Of a DNA stretch of 64,000 nucleotides, positions 46,936-56,399 are shown piece by piece; the first letter of the stretch is position 1; each line of letters opens with the position of its first letter. A model generated the notes under the pieces. That model was not told the DNA's origin. It was given only the letters and a program-made list of their open reading frames with translations, and ran no database searches. The translations under genes and the position numbers were made by a program. Origin of the DNA: an uncultured Oligoflexia bacterium (GTDB taxonomy: Bacteria; Bdellovibrionota; Bacteriovoracia; Bacteriovoracales; Bacteriovoracaceae); the NCBI GenBank assembly GCA_937120495.1, contig CAKZJW010000085.1:15194-79193 (forward strand), written 5' to 3'.

Positions 46936-48121
46936 TAATATATTTTCACTCTTTTATCTTAAAGAAACTAAGCAAATACTAAGATGCTCAATTGCTTATA
47001 GTGCAACGATTTTTTATCGAGATTTTAAAATAGATTTACTCACAGGCGAGAAGTCTGAAGATTCTCTTGAAGTCTTAAAAGAAGAAATCTCAAAGCTTAA
47101 GATTAATGATGAGCTTGCAAGGCCACATGTTCTACACTTATTCTATGAACTGGGTTTTTTATTTACAGAGCAAAATGAATATCTACCTGCACATGAACCT
47201 CTTGCAATAATTATTAAGTATAATAAAGCTTCATTTGAGAAATTTAAAAGTGGCGAAGAAAAAACAAATCTAGAACTTAAGGACTTTCCAACTTTTAAAA
47301 ACTATAAATTACAGTTTGATAAAGTTCAGGAACATCTGCGTCTTGGAAATTGTTATCAAGTAAATTTAACCCAGCCTTTTTATTTTAACTTCGATAAACA
47401 CGTTCAGCTGGGAGACTTTATTAATTTCTTCGTTCAGCAATCGGAGTCTTTATCTGCCTATGCTCATTGCACATATATAGAGTGCTTAGATAAACTACTT
47501 TTTTCTAATTCTCCAGAATGTCTTTTTAAAATTTATAAAAAATCTGATGATTACTTTATTCGATCAATGCCTATAAAGGGGACTGTTGAAGACTTGGGAT
47601 TAAGCTCGTGGAAAAATTTAATTGATTCTAAAAAAGAGCAGGCTGAATTATTTATGATTTCTGATCTTGTTCGAAATGATCTTGCAAAAATTAGTTTTAC
47701 ACCTGCAAAAATAATAAAAAAAAGAATGCCATTAAAAGTTCCAGGGATTTTACATCAGTTCTCAATTATAGATGCACCTTTAAATAACGACGTCACAATT
47801 TGGAATGTATTAAATGGTTTGTTTCCCGGAGGAAGTATCACTGGAGCTCCAAAGAAACGAGTAATGCAAATTATAAATGAGCTAGAGAGTTACACTAGAG
47901 GCTTTTATTGTGGATCAACAGTTCTTCTGCATAAAGGCCTTAAATGCGGCTCTATTAATATACGATCGGCTGAGATCTCTTTTGATAAAAGAGAGCTTAA
48001 GTATCCAGCAGGCGGTGGCATTACGATGCTTAGCGAAGTAGAGGCCGAATTTAAAGAAACTTACCAGAAAATGAAAAGCTTTCTTCAATTTCTTAAGGTT
48101 GACTCAATAAGTAAAACCTAG
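46925..48121 (+). CDS. pabB: Chorismate-binding enzyme, aminodeoxychorismate synthase component I-like
   Basis: It has the PGGSITGAPKKRVMQIINELE signature and the C-terminal GGGITMLSEVEAEFKE. I prefer the ATG at 46925, which overlaps dnaB by 11 nt, over the longer ORF-track start. Confidence 0.6.
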   Translation: MRADNIFSLFYLKETKQILRCSIAYSATIFYRDFKIDLLTGEKSEDSLEVLKEEISKLKINDELARPHVLHLFYELGFLFTEQNEYLPAHEPLAIIIKYNKASFEKFKSGEEKTNLELKDFPTFKNYKLQFDKVQEHLRLGNCYQVNLTQPFYFNFDKHVQLGDFINFFVQQSESLSAYAHCTYIECLDKLLFSNSPECLFKIYKKSDDYFIRSMPIKGTVEDLGLSSWKNLIDSKKEQAELFMISDLVRNDLAKISFTPAKIIKKRMPLKVPGILHQFSIIDAPLNNDVTIWNVLNGLFPGGSITGAPKKRVMQIINELESYTRGFYCGSTVLLHKGLKCGSINIRSAEISFDKRELKYPAGGGITMLSEVEAEFKETYQKMKSFLQFLKVDSISKT

Positions 48122-48287
48122 ATATTTCAAACATTTATTAAGTATTTCATTTCTTTTTGTAAAAAAGTCTTACATCTCTTAAGTTTTTTTTGACAATATT
48201 TTTCTATACTAGATATGCTTTGGGCACGAGAGAGAGACAACTTTTCTAAGGATTAGGGAAAGGTATAACAACAGCAAGGAGCTTAGC

Positions 48288-48479
48288 ATGTTGGAAAATA
48301 CTAAAAGTACGCAGGACACGGACACTATTACACTTGAGTCACTATCTGACTTAACTGGATTCCCTGTTGAATTAATTAAATCTGAGTTATTTGAAGGTTC
48401 ATTAGAGAATAATGAATTAAAGCTAGGCGAACTTAGACAAGCCATGATGTCTTACATAGACAAAACGATGCTAGATTAG
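48288..48479 (+). CDS. Small acidic protein (63 aa), unknown function
   Basis: The RBS AAGGAG lies 7 nt upstream. TLESLSDLTGFPVELIKSEL could be helix-turn-helix-like. No family recognised. Confidence 0.4.
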   Translation: MLENTKSTQDTDTITLESLSDLTGFPVELIKSELFEGSLENNELKLGELRQAMMSYIDKTMLD

Positions 48480-48516
48480 CATAAACTTCTGTTTTCATTC
48501 ATATAAACATCTATTG

Positions 48517-48545
48517 TTGCGCTGCGCATAAATACATGATACAAT
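48517..48545 (+). promoter_or_regulatory. Candidate sigma-70 promoter (TTGCGC-N17-TACAAT) overlapping a GC-rich palindrome TGCGC-T-GCGCA
   Basis: Hexamers at 48517-48522 and 48540-48545. The palindrome lies at 48518-48528, about 50 nt upstream of the ATG at 48596. Confidence 0.3.
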
Positions 48546-48595
48546 TCCTAGGTTTTTAAAAATCTCACGTTATACGTTTGTTCTTAGGAGTTTTG

Positions 48596-49963
48596 ATGAA
48601 CGATTTTATCGCGCCTTTTGCTTTCGAGCGATCTTCAAATATTTTGTCGTTCTCAAGAAATACACTTCCTATAAAAAACAATCCTACCCATCTTTTTATT
48701 CCTTGGACTACCGAATTCGATAACGAACTTATGTTTAAAATAAAAAAAACTATTACAGAGTCTGGAAATTGTTTGATTCCATTTTTTGATTTAAATATGA
48801 AAGCAACGTCTCTTGCCCAAGAGACAGTTAGTTTACTGAGTAACCAGATTGAATCTAATATTGAAACACACCTAGTTATGTCTAATGGGGATTCTATTCA
48901 TATTTTTAAAATAACTAGTATTCAAGAGGGTAGTTTAAACTCTAAAGATCAAAAAAGAACTACAGATGTTTTGGCCAAGAAGAATTTTAAGAAAACTTGG
49001 GTTGAAGTTAGCGATGTATATGTTTATAAGGCAAATCATGACCAAGGATCTTCAATAGAAGAAGAATTGAAAAGTCTAATCCATGATGAGCAAAAGGGGT
49101 ATTACTTTACTCCGATGCAAAAATTAAATATTCAAAATGAAGTGACGTCTGAGCCTCTAAATTGGATTAAGAGTCAGAGAAACCTAACATACGATTATTT
49201 TGTTAGAAGTTGTGAGCTTGAAGAGAATATTTTTCAAGAATCTTGGAAGGATCTTAATCACCGTTCAAGGCATTGTTTGATAAGTTTTGAGCAGATTCGT
49301 CACAAGGCACTTTTGCATAAAGAAAAAGAGAAATTTTCTCTTTTAAAAGAGGCACTAGAGCTATATTTATCAGCTCTTTTAAATGAATTAAATGAAGTCT
49401 ACATAAGTCCTTTCGCGCACACTTTTTCTAAGTATTCGTGCCTCCAAGAAGCTTGGGGGGATGTAAAAGATGGGCTTGTTAATCCAGAACTAAGACTTAT
49501 TTTAGAAAAGACTTATCTAAGAGAAGACAAGCAACTAACAAGTTTAGAAGATTTCTTGGCTTACGTTGAAACAATTAAGTCATGTCTTTTTTCTTTAAAG
49601 AATAGATTTTCTAAAAAAATTGGTAAAGAAGAGTACCTACTGGTTGAGAATTTTTTAACGAAACAAGAAAATATGATTGAGTCCTTAATCTCTAGAGAGC
49701 TTGATCATAAAATAAAATCACTAGTTAAAGTAAAAAATTGGTTATCAAGTTTATTTGATAGAGTAGATGATTTAAGTTGCCAAGAGCTCAAGAGTTCAAC
49801 TCTCAAGTTAACTCATATTCTTTCTATACTAAGCTCTACAAATTATGAAGATAATGTTTTCTTTAAAATTCTTGAAGAGAAGACTTCTAAAGGTTTTGTT
49901 AGGCGAACATTTGAGGATGAAGTTAATTCCTTGGTAATTCCAAAAGTGTTAATTGCTGCCTAG
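48596..49963 (+). CDS. Hypothetical cytoplasmic protein (455 aa), no recognisable domain
   Basis: The ATG at 48596 lies 5 nt after TAGGAG. The long ORF has coding-like composition and a helical C-terminal half. Confidence 0.5.
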   Translation: MNDFIAPFAFERSSNILSFSRNTLPIKNNPTHLFIPWTTEFDNELMFKIKKTITESGNCLIPFFDLNMKATSLAQETVSLLSNQIESNIETHLVMSNGDSIHIFKITSIQEGSLNSKDQKRTTDVLAKKNFKKTWVEVSDVYVYKANHDQGSSIEEELKSLIHDEQKGYYFTPMQKLNIQNEVTSEPLNWIKSQRNLTYDYFVRSCELEENIFQESWKDLNHRSRHCLISFEQIRHKALLHKEKEKFSLLKEALELYLSALLNELNEVYISPFAHTFSKYSCLQEAWGDVKDGLVNPELRLILEKTYLREDKQLTSLEDFLAYVETIKSCLFSLKNRFSKKIGKEEYLLVENFLTKQENMIESLISRELDHKIKSLVKVKNWLSSLFDRVDDLSCQELKSSTLKLTHILSILSSTNYEDNVFFKILEEKTSKGFVRRTFEDEVNSLVIPKVLIAA

Positions 49964-50079
49964 TATTCTCTGAGATAAATGGACAGGAATCTATAGCTCC
50001 TTTCTAAGGGGGCCTTGAAATCCGATTATTTTACCCTTCTATTTTATTTACCTACGATAAGTTTTATTTGATTTAATTC

Positions 50080-50108
50080 TAAAGCTTGGGCTTTAAGTCA
50101 CCGATTAT
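50080..50108 (+). promoter_or_regulatory. Candidate FliA (sigma-28)-type promoter (TAAAG-N16-CCGATTAT) upstream of the stator genes
   Basis: It resembles the consensus TAAA-N15/16-GCCGATAA and lies about 50 nt upstream of the pomA/motA ATG. Spacing is one nucleotide longer than my recalled consensus. Confidence 0.3.
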
Positions 50109-50155
50109 TGTATTAGATAAACATATTTTCAAAGATTTAAAAAAAGGTAAGTGTT

Positions 50156-50917
50156 ATGGATATCGCTACGGTCATCGGTTTAGTTCTCGGAATTGCTTCT
50201 ATTATTGGATCAATATTAGCAGGTGGAACGCTTGGTGCATTTATAGATGCTCCCTCAATTATAGTTGTTGGTGGAGGAGTTACAGCAGCAGTTTTTGTAA
50301 AGTGGCCTATGGCCCAAATCAAAACGTTGATGCCAGTCTATATGAAATCAATTTTTAATACGGCTCCTGAGCCTATTGCAATAATCGAAAGGATTCAACA
50401 GCTTGCAGATAAAGCGAGAAAAGAATCTGTTTTCGCATTAGAGAATGAACCTGTTGAAGATGAATTTATGCAAAAAGCCGTTAAGCTTGCAGCAGATAAT
50501 AGGCCGCCTGAAGTTATTACTTCTATTCTACAATTAGAAATCGATGCTCTTGGAGATCGACATAAAACGGGGATCGCAATTTTAGAAAACGTTGCAGCAG
50601 ATGGCCCAGCATTTGGAATGATTGGTACGCTAATTGGTCTTGTTATCATGCTTCAAAACCTCTCCGGTGGACCAGAAGAACTAGGGAAGTCGATGGCCGT
50701 TGCCATTTTGACAACGTTCTATGGAGCGGTTTTAGCCAACCTTTTTGCAAATCCAGTTGCCAATAAATTGAAATTTTACTCAGAAAGTGAATTATTAAAA
50801 ATGAATATCGTTATCGCTGGAATCTTAGGAATTGTTGCTGGTGAAAACCCAAGAGTTATTAGAGAAAAATTAGATTCATTTTTACCTCCAGCTCAAAGAG
50901 TTAAGGAAGAGGAATAA
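50156..50917 (+). CDS. pomA: Flagellar stator protein A (MotA/PomA family; PomA-like)
   Basis: It has four TM helices. MDIATVIGLVLGI..., GPAFGMIGTLIGLV, AVAILTTFYGAVLAN and GENPRVI run parallel to Vibrio PomA as I recall it. Confidence 0.8.
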   Translation: MDIATVIGLVLGIASIIGSILAGGTLGAFIDAPSIIVVGGGVTAAVFVKWPMAQIKTLMPVYMKSIFNTAPEPIAIIERIQQLADKARKESVFALENEPVEDEFMQKAVKLAADNRPPEVITSILQLEIDALGDRHKTGIAILENVAADGPAFGMIGTLIGLVIMLQNLSGGPEELGKSMAVAILTTFYGAVLANLFANPVANKLKFYSESELLKMNIVIAGILGIVAGENPRVIREKLDSFLPPAQRVKEEE

Positions 50918-50929
50918 AAAGGAACTGTC

Positions 50930-51742
50930 ATGGCTGACGATAATACAAATGAATGTCCAGAGTGCCCACCAGTACCAGAGTGTAAAGAGGGTGCGCCTGA
51001 GTGGATGGCAACATTCTCTGACCTTGTTACGTTACTCTTAACCTTCTTTGTTTTGCTCTATGCAATGAGTAAGACAGAAGTTTCAAAGTTTAATTCAGTA
51101 GCAGGATCAATAAGAAAGGCTTTTGCCGGAAATGCAATGCAAATTGGAGAAACAATTCAATTGGGTAAGTCTCCAGATGACTCACCAACAATGATTGAAT
51201 CTCAACAACCAGTTGAACCTTATCCAATTGACCTTCTTACAACAGAAGGAATATTAGACAAACATGAAATTAATAGAGAGGCCGATGAAGACCTTGAAGA
51301 GATGCAAGAAGTCCTAGGTCAATATGATCTTCAAGACTCAGTTGATGTCTATCAAATGTCTGAAGGTGTAAAAATTCGTCTTAAAGATCAAGTTGTCTTT
51401 CAAAAAGGATCTACGGCGATGAAAGATTCATCTGTTGTACCAGTTCTTAAAAAATTAATTAATCTAATGAAAGATAATAATTGGACACTATTTGTTGAAG
51501 GTTATGCTCAAAAAGGTGAGGTTTCAAATAAGAACTCTTCATCTGGAGCATGGGATCTTAGTGCAAAAAGAGCACAAGAAGTTACTAAGGCTTTAATTCA
51601 AAGAGGTGTTCGTGCAGAAAAGATAACGACTGTATTCTACGGAGACTCCAGGGCTAAAGACGATCAAATAAATAGGAAAGTTGAGTTCCTAATGCGAAAA
51701 ATTGATCTCAAAACTCAAGGTAAAAAAGCTTCTTCTAGATAA
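50930..51742 (+). CDS. pomB: Flagellar stator protein B (MotB/PomB family) with OmpA-like peptidoglycan-binding C-terminus
   Basis: The N-terminus CPECPPVPEC...WMATFSDLVTLLLTFFVLL has the conserved Asp and resembles Vibrio PomB. The C-terminal OmpA-like block is WDLSAKRAQEV...RKVEF. Confidence 0.8.
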   Translation: MADDNTNECPECPPVPECKEGAPEWMATFSDLVTLLLTFFVLLYAMSKTEVSKFNSVAGSIRKAFAGNAMQIGETIQLGKSPDDSPTMIESQQPVEPYPIDLLTTEGILDKHEINREADEDLEEMQEVLGQYDLQDSVDVYQMSEGVKIRLKDQVVFQKGSTAMKDSSVVPVLKKLINLMKDNNWTLFVEGYAQKGEVSNKNSSSGAWDLSAKRAQEVTKALIQRGVRAEKITTVFYGDSRAKDDQINRKVEFLMRKIDLKTQGKKASSR

Positions 51743-52615
51743 ATGAAATCAACAATTAAACTTAGTTTTATAAAAAGTTTCCCCTCTGTTGAAGAGGGGA
51801 TTTTTAATATATGCAATATATCGAAATCAAAACTTAAAACGTTTAAGTTTTCTAAAAATTTCTTAGCCAAAAAAATACTTATAAAAGATGAGATTGAACT
51901 TCCAATAGACTTAATTAATTTGGGAAAGATAAATCCAAATTATACAGGGGAGAATATTGAGAAGATTTTTGAAGACGAAAATTTCTTTGTATTCTCTAAG
52001 CCTCATAAAACTCACTCTCATCCTCTATCTTATAGCGACTCTAACAATACACTAAGTGCTCTTTACACCATTTCTGGAGATCTTTTGAATGTGAACAAGG
52101 AGAGTTACGATAGAGGCCTTCTTTATAGATTAGACTTTGAAACAAGTGGCCTTATGTACTTTGCAAAGACAACGAGCATCTACCAAGATATGAGAGAAAA
52201 CTTTAGCTCTATGATAAAAGAGAAAAACTACTACGCAATCGTAGAGGGAAAAATTGAATCAAAGAAACTAACTCATAACTTAAAAACATCTGGTAAAAAA
52301 GGCTCAATTGTAAAAGAGGACTCGCTTGGTAGGAAGTGTACAATCGATGTCGAAGCTCTTGAATATAGTGAAATACATAATCAAAGCTTGGTGAAAGTAA
52401 ATCTTCAAGAGGGATTTAAGCACCAAATAAGAGCTCAATTAATGCTTGATAATCATCCCATCGTAGGTGATGAGATTTATGGAGCAAAGAATTCAACAAG
52501 ACTTTGGCTTCACTGTTTTGAATACAAATTTGATTATAGAGAGAAGAGTTATTCTTGTAGTGATGAAACGGAAAAATTAAAAGCGTTTTTCAACAACTTT
52601 AACAGTAAGCTTTAA
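51743..52615 (+). CDS. RluA-family pseudouridine synthase
   Basis: It has the catalytic motif YRLDFETSGLMYFAK and the conserved HQIRAQL. Confidence 0.8.
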   Translation: MKSTIKLSFIKSFPSVEEGIFNICNISKSKLKTFKFSKNFLAKKILIKDEIELPIDLINLGKINPNYTGENIEKIFEDENFFVFSKPHKTHSHPLSYSDSNNTLSALYTISGDLLNVNKESYDRGLLYRLDFETSGLMYFAKTTSIYQDMRENFSSMIKEKNYYAIVEGKIESKKLTHNLKTSGKKGSIVKEDSLGRKCTIDVEALEYSEIHNQSLVKVNLQEGFKHQIRAQLMLDNHPIVGDEIYGAKNSTRLWLHCFEYKFDYREKSYSCSDETEKLKAFFNNFNSKL

Positions 52616-53095
52616 ATGATCCGCAATTAATTCAGGTCTTTTTAATTCGAGAAACTTAGCAACGGCCTGACCATCTGATTGAGATAATATTTGCAAATTT
52701 TTATGCTTAAGAATAATTTGAATCTCTCGAAGATGCTCAAGTGTTTCTATTTCGTTGTAAACTTTTTTCTTATTACCTTCTACGTAGGGAAGAGCGATAT
52801 TCGCAAATTGAGCAAACTGAGAGTAGGTATTTGCAAGCTCCCTGTACATTGCAACTCTTAGAAGCTTCTTATTCTTAGCTTCACGATTAAAGTTAATTGT
52901 TAGTCTTAGAAATGAAGTATTAAGGCATTCCATCTCCCAATCTGAGGGAGATTTCTTTTGAACACGGTCAATTACCGCTTTACAGGTACTTGGAATAAGC
53001 CTTGTTTTTTGCTTCTCCCACCACTTCTTAGTTGAATCTTGAGATAAAAATATCCCAAACATCATAATTCCCATGATAAGTACTGGATATTTCAT
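52577..53095 (-). CDS. Membrane-anchored hypothetical protein
   Basis: MKYPVLIMGIMMFGIFL is a single N-terminal TM helix. It overlaps the pseudouridine synthase gene convergently by 39 nt. No family recognised. Confidence 0.4.
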   Translation of the reverse strand: MKYPVLIMGIMMFGIFLSQDSTKKWWEKQKTRLIPSTCKAVIDRVQKKSPSDWEMECLNTSFLRLTINFNREAKNKKLLRVAMYRELANTYSQFAQFANIALPYVEGNKKKVYNEIETLEHLREIQIILKHKNLQILSQSDGQAVAKFLELKRPELIADHLKLTVKVVEKRF

Positions 53096-53211
53096 AACAT
53101 TTTTACCAAACATATATATATTATGCCCTTTATATAGATAAAAAGCACTAAAGATTTTTGGGATAATAACCGACAAGTTTAGTCAGGAAGCATTACTTAA
53201 ACGAGGTAAAA

Positions 53212-54189
53212 ATGAGCTCAGATTCATCAATGAATCAAAAAGAATTTTGGAATACTGTAAAGTATCTAACCAAACTTGATCACCCCAAAGCATATTCACA
53301 AATATGCCAAGATCTTTCCGTTACACCTGCGGGGCTAAACTCTCATATTAATTTTCTAAAAGGAGTAGGTTATTCTTTAGAGGTTGAAGAAAATCTTGAT
53401 GGAATAAAAAGCGTCAGGCCTCCAGAGGAGAAACCTCTTATTGAGATAAAGTGTACTCTTTATGATTGGCTTCAATTCCAATCTCATTTTCCCGCTTTAG
53501 CTAAAGCCACGGAGCTTCCTTGTAGTGAGGATTTTAAAAATAAAATTGCAGAAGTTGAAAGCACATATTCACAACACGATCTATTCGAACCGCTAAATGC
53601 ACTGGATGAAATTATGCACCATCAAAAGCCAACACTTATTCAAGAAAACTCATTTGCTCAATCAGAGCTTGTGGGATTTATTGAAGAATCAATAATTGAT
53701 AAACAAAGCTTATATGTAAAATTAGAACAAAGCTCTATGAGTGTATACCCACATACTTTAATTTATCTGGAAGGAGAGTTATCTGTTGTCGCTGAAAATA
53801 TTAGTGATGGAAGTCTACTTAATATTCCCGTCAGTCATATAGAGAGTATTAATGAAGATGAGAGTGAACATGTTGCGAAGTATTCACTTCTTGAAATTAA
53901 TGATTTTGTCGCCAGTGTCAGGTCAATTCACGAACAAGAGACTAGACTTATTTTAAAAATTAATGGTCTCGCAAATTTTGAAAATTCAATACCCAGAAAT
54001 TTTTTAGGCAATCCCGCAATGATAACAAACTCCGATGGAGATTTGATTTGGGGAGCTACCGTTGAATCAAATATTGAAATATTTAATTGGCTCTTTGAAC
54101 TAGGCCAAGATGTAGAGATTTTGGATCCAACAGATTTCAAAAAAGAGTATCTTAATTATTGCGAAGATAAGTTAAAGAAGTTAGCCTAG
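53212..54189 (+). CDS. YafY/WYL-type putative transcriptional regulator (HTH, divergent WYL-like barrel, WCX-like C-terminus)
   Basis: The N-terminal wHTH-like segment is AYSQICQDLSVTPAGLNSHINFLKGVGY. The middle segment is VYPHTLIYLEGELSVVAEN...IPVSHIESI. The C-terminus WLFELGQDVEILDPTDFKKEY resembles the WYL-regulator tail. Confidence 0.4.
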   Translation: MSSDSSMNQKEFWNTVKYLTKLDHPKAYSQICQDLSVTPAGLNSHINFLKGVGYSLEVEENLDGIKSVRPPEEKPLIEIKCTLYDWLQFQSHFPALAKATELPCSEDFKNKIAEVESTYSQHDLFEPLNALDEIMHHQKPTLIQENSFAQSELVGFIEESIIDKQSLYVKLEQSSMSVYPHTLIYLEGELSVVAENISDGSLLNIPVSHIESINEDESEHVAKYSLLEINDFVASVRSIHEQETRLILKINGLANFENSIPRNFLGNPAMITNSDGDLIWGATVESNIEIFNWLFELGQDVEILDPTDFKKEYLNYCEDKLKKLA

Positions 54190-54195
54190 CGAGGC

Positions 54196-54741
54196 ATGAA
54201 TAAATCAAATAAGTATATATGGTTTTCGTTTTTACCAGCGATTGCCTATTGGTACCTAGAAGCAAATTATGACTTAAAAACTGCTCTTGTGGGCGGACTA
54301 ATACTAGCCGTCCTTGAGATGCTTGTTGAGAAGATCTTTACGAAGCATATCCATACAATTTCTAAAGTTAATTTTTTTCTTATTTTAATTTTAGGAGGAA
54401 TTGCATTTGTTGCAGCCGATGGAATCTGGTTTAAACTTCAACCAGCTTTTACTGGAGTCTTAATGGGAAGCTATATTCTTTATCGGGTAGTAAAGGACGA
54501 TAGCTTGATGCTACAAATGATGAAAGAGATGAATCAAACAAATATTCCTGATGGCTTAATCCAATTTATGGAAAAGAATATGGCCATATTCTTATTGGCT
54601 TACGGTCTTTTCATGGGAGTCATCGCAATCACTACAAGCACTGATACTTGGCTCTTTTTTAAAACGGGTGGATTTTATATTGCAACTTTTATATTTTTTA
54701 TTATTCAAATGCTTTATATTCGCAGAAAGGCTCGTTCTTGA
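54196..54741 (+). CDS. yciB: Inner-membrane protein of the YciB/IspZ (intracellular septation protein A) type
   Basis: It has five TM segments, a family-like N-terminus (FLPAIAYWYL) and fits the family size. This is recognition by eye only. Confidence 0.5.
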   Translation: MNKSNKYIWFSFLPAIAYWYLEANYDLKTALVGGLILAVLEMLVEKIFTKHIHTISKVNFFLILILGGIAFVAADGIWFKLQPAFTGVLMGSYILYRVVKDDSLMLQMMKEMNQTNIPDGLIQFMEKNMAIFLLAYGLFMGVIAITTSTDTWLFFKTGGFYIATFIFFIIQMLYIRRKARS

Positions 54742-55349
54742 TTTCTAAAATTGTCTTTATCTTACCTGTAATCTATTTTTCAATCTCTTGGTATTTTCCA
54801 TGGGATGAATTAACTTTTTGGGACTCAACAATCTCGATCACATATTTATATGATCTATTTTTCTCTTTAATTGTATTTTTTGCTTTTAAATCCTTTTCAA
54901 CAATAAAGATAACAAATGGAATTATTGTAAGGTTAATTGCGACAGCAATTATTTCAAGCTTATGTGTTACGATTGCAAAATTATCAAGCCTTAGTGCTCC
55001 TTTTAAATATGTTGATAATCTATTTATTCAAATTTTAATATTAGCACCTATTATTGAAGAGATTGTTTTTAGATATGCTCTTTTTGTTCCTTTTCAAAAG
55101 GTATTTAAAGGAAAAAGAAACTTATATTTATTTAATGGAGTTTTATTTTCAGCTTCGCACGCTTCAGCGCTCTTTATTTTGCCAGAGGAATTCTTTGGAT
55201 TTATCTATTTCCAAATTGGATATACCTTTATTCTTGGTTGGTTATGTGCAAAAGCTCGAGATGAGAGTAAATCAATGATTGAACCAATTCTTCTGCATTT
55301 TATTTTCAATCTAATTTTCTATATTGGTGTTGTAAAGTTTGGTCTATGA
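54738..55349 (+). CDS. CPBP-family intramembrane glutamic endopeptidase (CAAX protease-like)
   Basis: It has motif 1 APIIEEIVFRYALF, motif 2 FSASH and motif 3 LHFIFN. Confidence 0.8.
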   Translation: MISKIVFILPVIYFSISWYFPWDELTFWDSTISITYLYDLFFSLIVFFAFKSFSTIKITNGIIVRLIATAIISSLCVTIAKLSSLSAPFKYVDNLFIQILILAPIIEEIVFRYALFVPFQKVFKGKRNLYLFNGVLFSASHASALFILPEEFFGFIYFQIGYTFILGWLCAKARDESKSMIEPILLHFIFNLIFYIGVVKFGL

Positions 55350-55870
55350 GTAAGCTTGTCTTAAGGTATCCAACAATTGAAGATATCCCTGAACTCAAAA
55401 GAGTTTGCCTAGAGCCGTGGGCAATTGATTATGGATTTGTTCATTACTTTGAAACACTCCTTAAAAAAGATGTAACTTTATTGATTGATTTTCTTCCTAA
55501 TATGGCAAAAGGAATTGGGATTCCAGGTGATCATGTTCCTTGTACTTTTATGTTTGCATTCATAGGGGAGAGGATTGTTGGCAGAACTTCAATAAGACAT
55601 GAATTAAATGAGAATCTTAGAAAAGATGGTGGTCATATTGGCTATGCTGTAACACCCTCGGATAGACAAAAAGGGTATGCGACAGAGATTCTAAAGCAAT
55701 CTTTGGCGTTTTGTATAAAAGAGCTAAATCTTAACGAGATTCTTATTACCTGCGATGACGATAATATTGCTTCAATTAAAACAATCGATAAAAATGGGGG
55801 TGTTTTAATTGATAAACTGTCTCAAGGGGATGAGCTTCCGCTTAAGCGAAGATATGAAATTAAAATCTAA
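55346..55870 (+). CDS. GNAT-family N-acetyltransferase
   Basis: It has the acetyl-CoA binding block GHIGYAVTPSDRQKGYATEILKQSL. It overlaps the upstream gene by 4 nt. Confidence 0.75.
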   Translation: MSKLVLRYPTIEDIPELKRVCLEPWAIDYGFVHYFETLLKKDVTLLIDFLPNMAKGIGIPGDHVPCTFMFAFIGERIVGRTSIRHELNENLRKDGGHIGYAVTPSDRQKGYATEILKQSLAFCIKELNLNEILITCDDDNIASIKTIDKNGGVLIDKLSQGDELPLKRRYEIKI

Positions 55871-56304
55871 CAGTTAAAATTCTTCTCACCATCATCATCA
55901 ACAGTATACTTTGGTGCTGTTTTTGATTTTGTCTTTTGAGGCTTAGAAGCATCTGGTCTTTTCGCTTTGGCCTTCCACTCATTTCCACCAATTTGTTCCG
56001 TTGGACCATAAAATCTTTGATAACGACCTTGCTTAGAAAAATCACTTTGGTGAGTCACTCGAAATTTATCGTGAATTTCATTTTTATCGGCACAGTTTAC
56101 ACAGATCCACTGAGCATCAATTCTTGGGTTTTTATGTTTGAATCTTTCAACGTCAGGATGAATAGCTTCACAAACTTCACAGAAGTTTCTTTTTTCCTGA
56201 TGCTTTTCAACTTTGGTTTTATCTTTTGTTATCTTCTGCTTTCTTTCATTTTCAACTTTAGAAGATTTTAAACCAGCTTTTAATAGTGCGTCTTTCATTG
56301 ACAT
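55867..56304 (-). CDS. Small basic zinc-ribbon protein, DUF2058 (YaiL)-like N-terminus
   Basis: MKDALLKAGLKSSK resembles the DUF2058 start. It has CEVC...CVNC and K-rich tails. Confidence 0.35.
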   Translation of the reverse strand: MSMKDALLKAGLKSSKVENERKQKITKDKTKVEKHQEKRNFCEVCEAIHPDVERFKHKNPRIDAQWICVNCADKNEIHDKFRVTHQSDFSKQGRYQRFYGPTEQIGGNEWKAKAKRPDASKPQKTKSKTAPKYTVDDDGEKNFNC

Positions 56305-56366
56305 AAAAATACCCCTTAAATTAACTATTCTATTTTAGAGGATTTTTAAAATTTGTAAATATTAGA

Positions 56367-56394
56367 GAAAAAAAAAGCCTCTATAAAAGAGGCT
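56367..56394 (-). terminator. Rho-independent terminator for the 800-aa gene (minus strand)
   Basis: On the minus strand the hairpin is AGCCTCT-tttat-AGAGGCT, followed by T9. Confidence 0.8.
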
Positions 56395-56399
56395 TTATT

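Noticed and set aside
48190-48218. A perfect TTGACA hexamer upstream of the 63-aa ORF.
   Set aside because: No acceptable -10 hexamer lies at 16-18 nt. TATACT is only 9 nt away, so I did not call a promoter.
50086-50358. A 90-aa ORF overlapping the start of pomA, plus the antisense ORF 50137-50322.
   Set aside because: They are alternative frames of the well-supported stator gene, with Cys/Trp/Tyr/Ser/Arg-rich nonsense composition.
50951-50983. The Cys/Pro-rich N-terminal cluster CPECPPVPEC in the MotB-like protein, considered as a possible novel metal site.
   Set aside because: A similar Cys/Pro-rich N-terminus (CDCPPPGLPLWM...) occurs in Vibrio PomB as I recall it. It is probably a family trait of Na+-type stators rather than a novelty.
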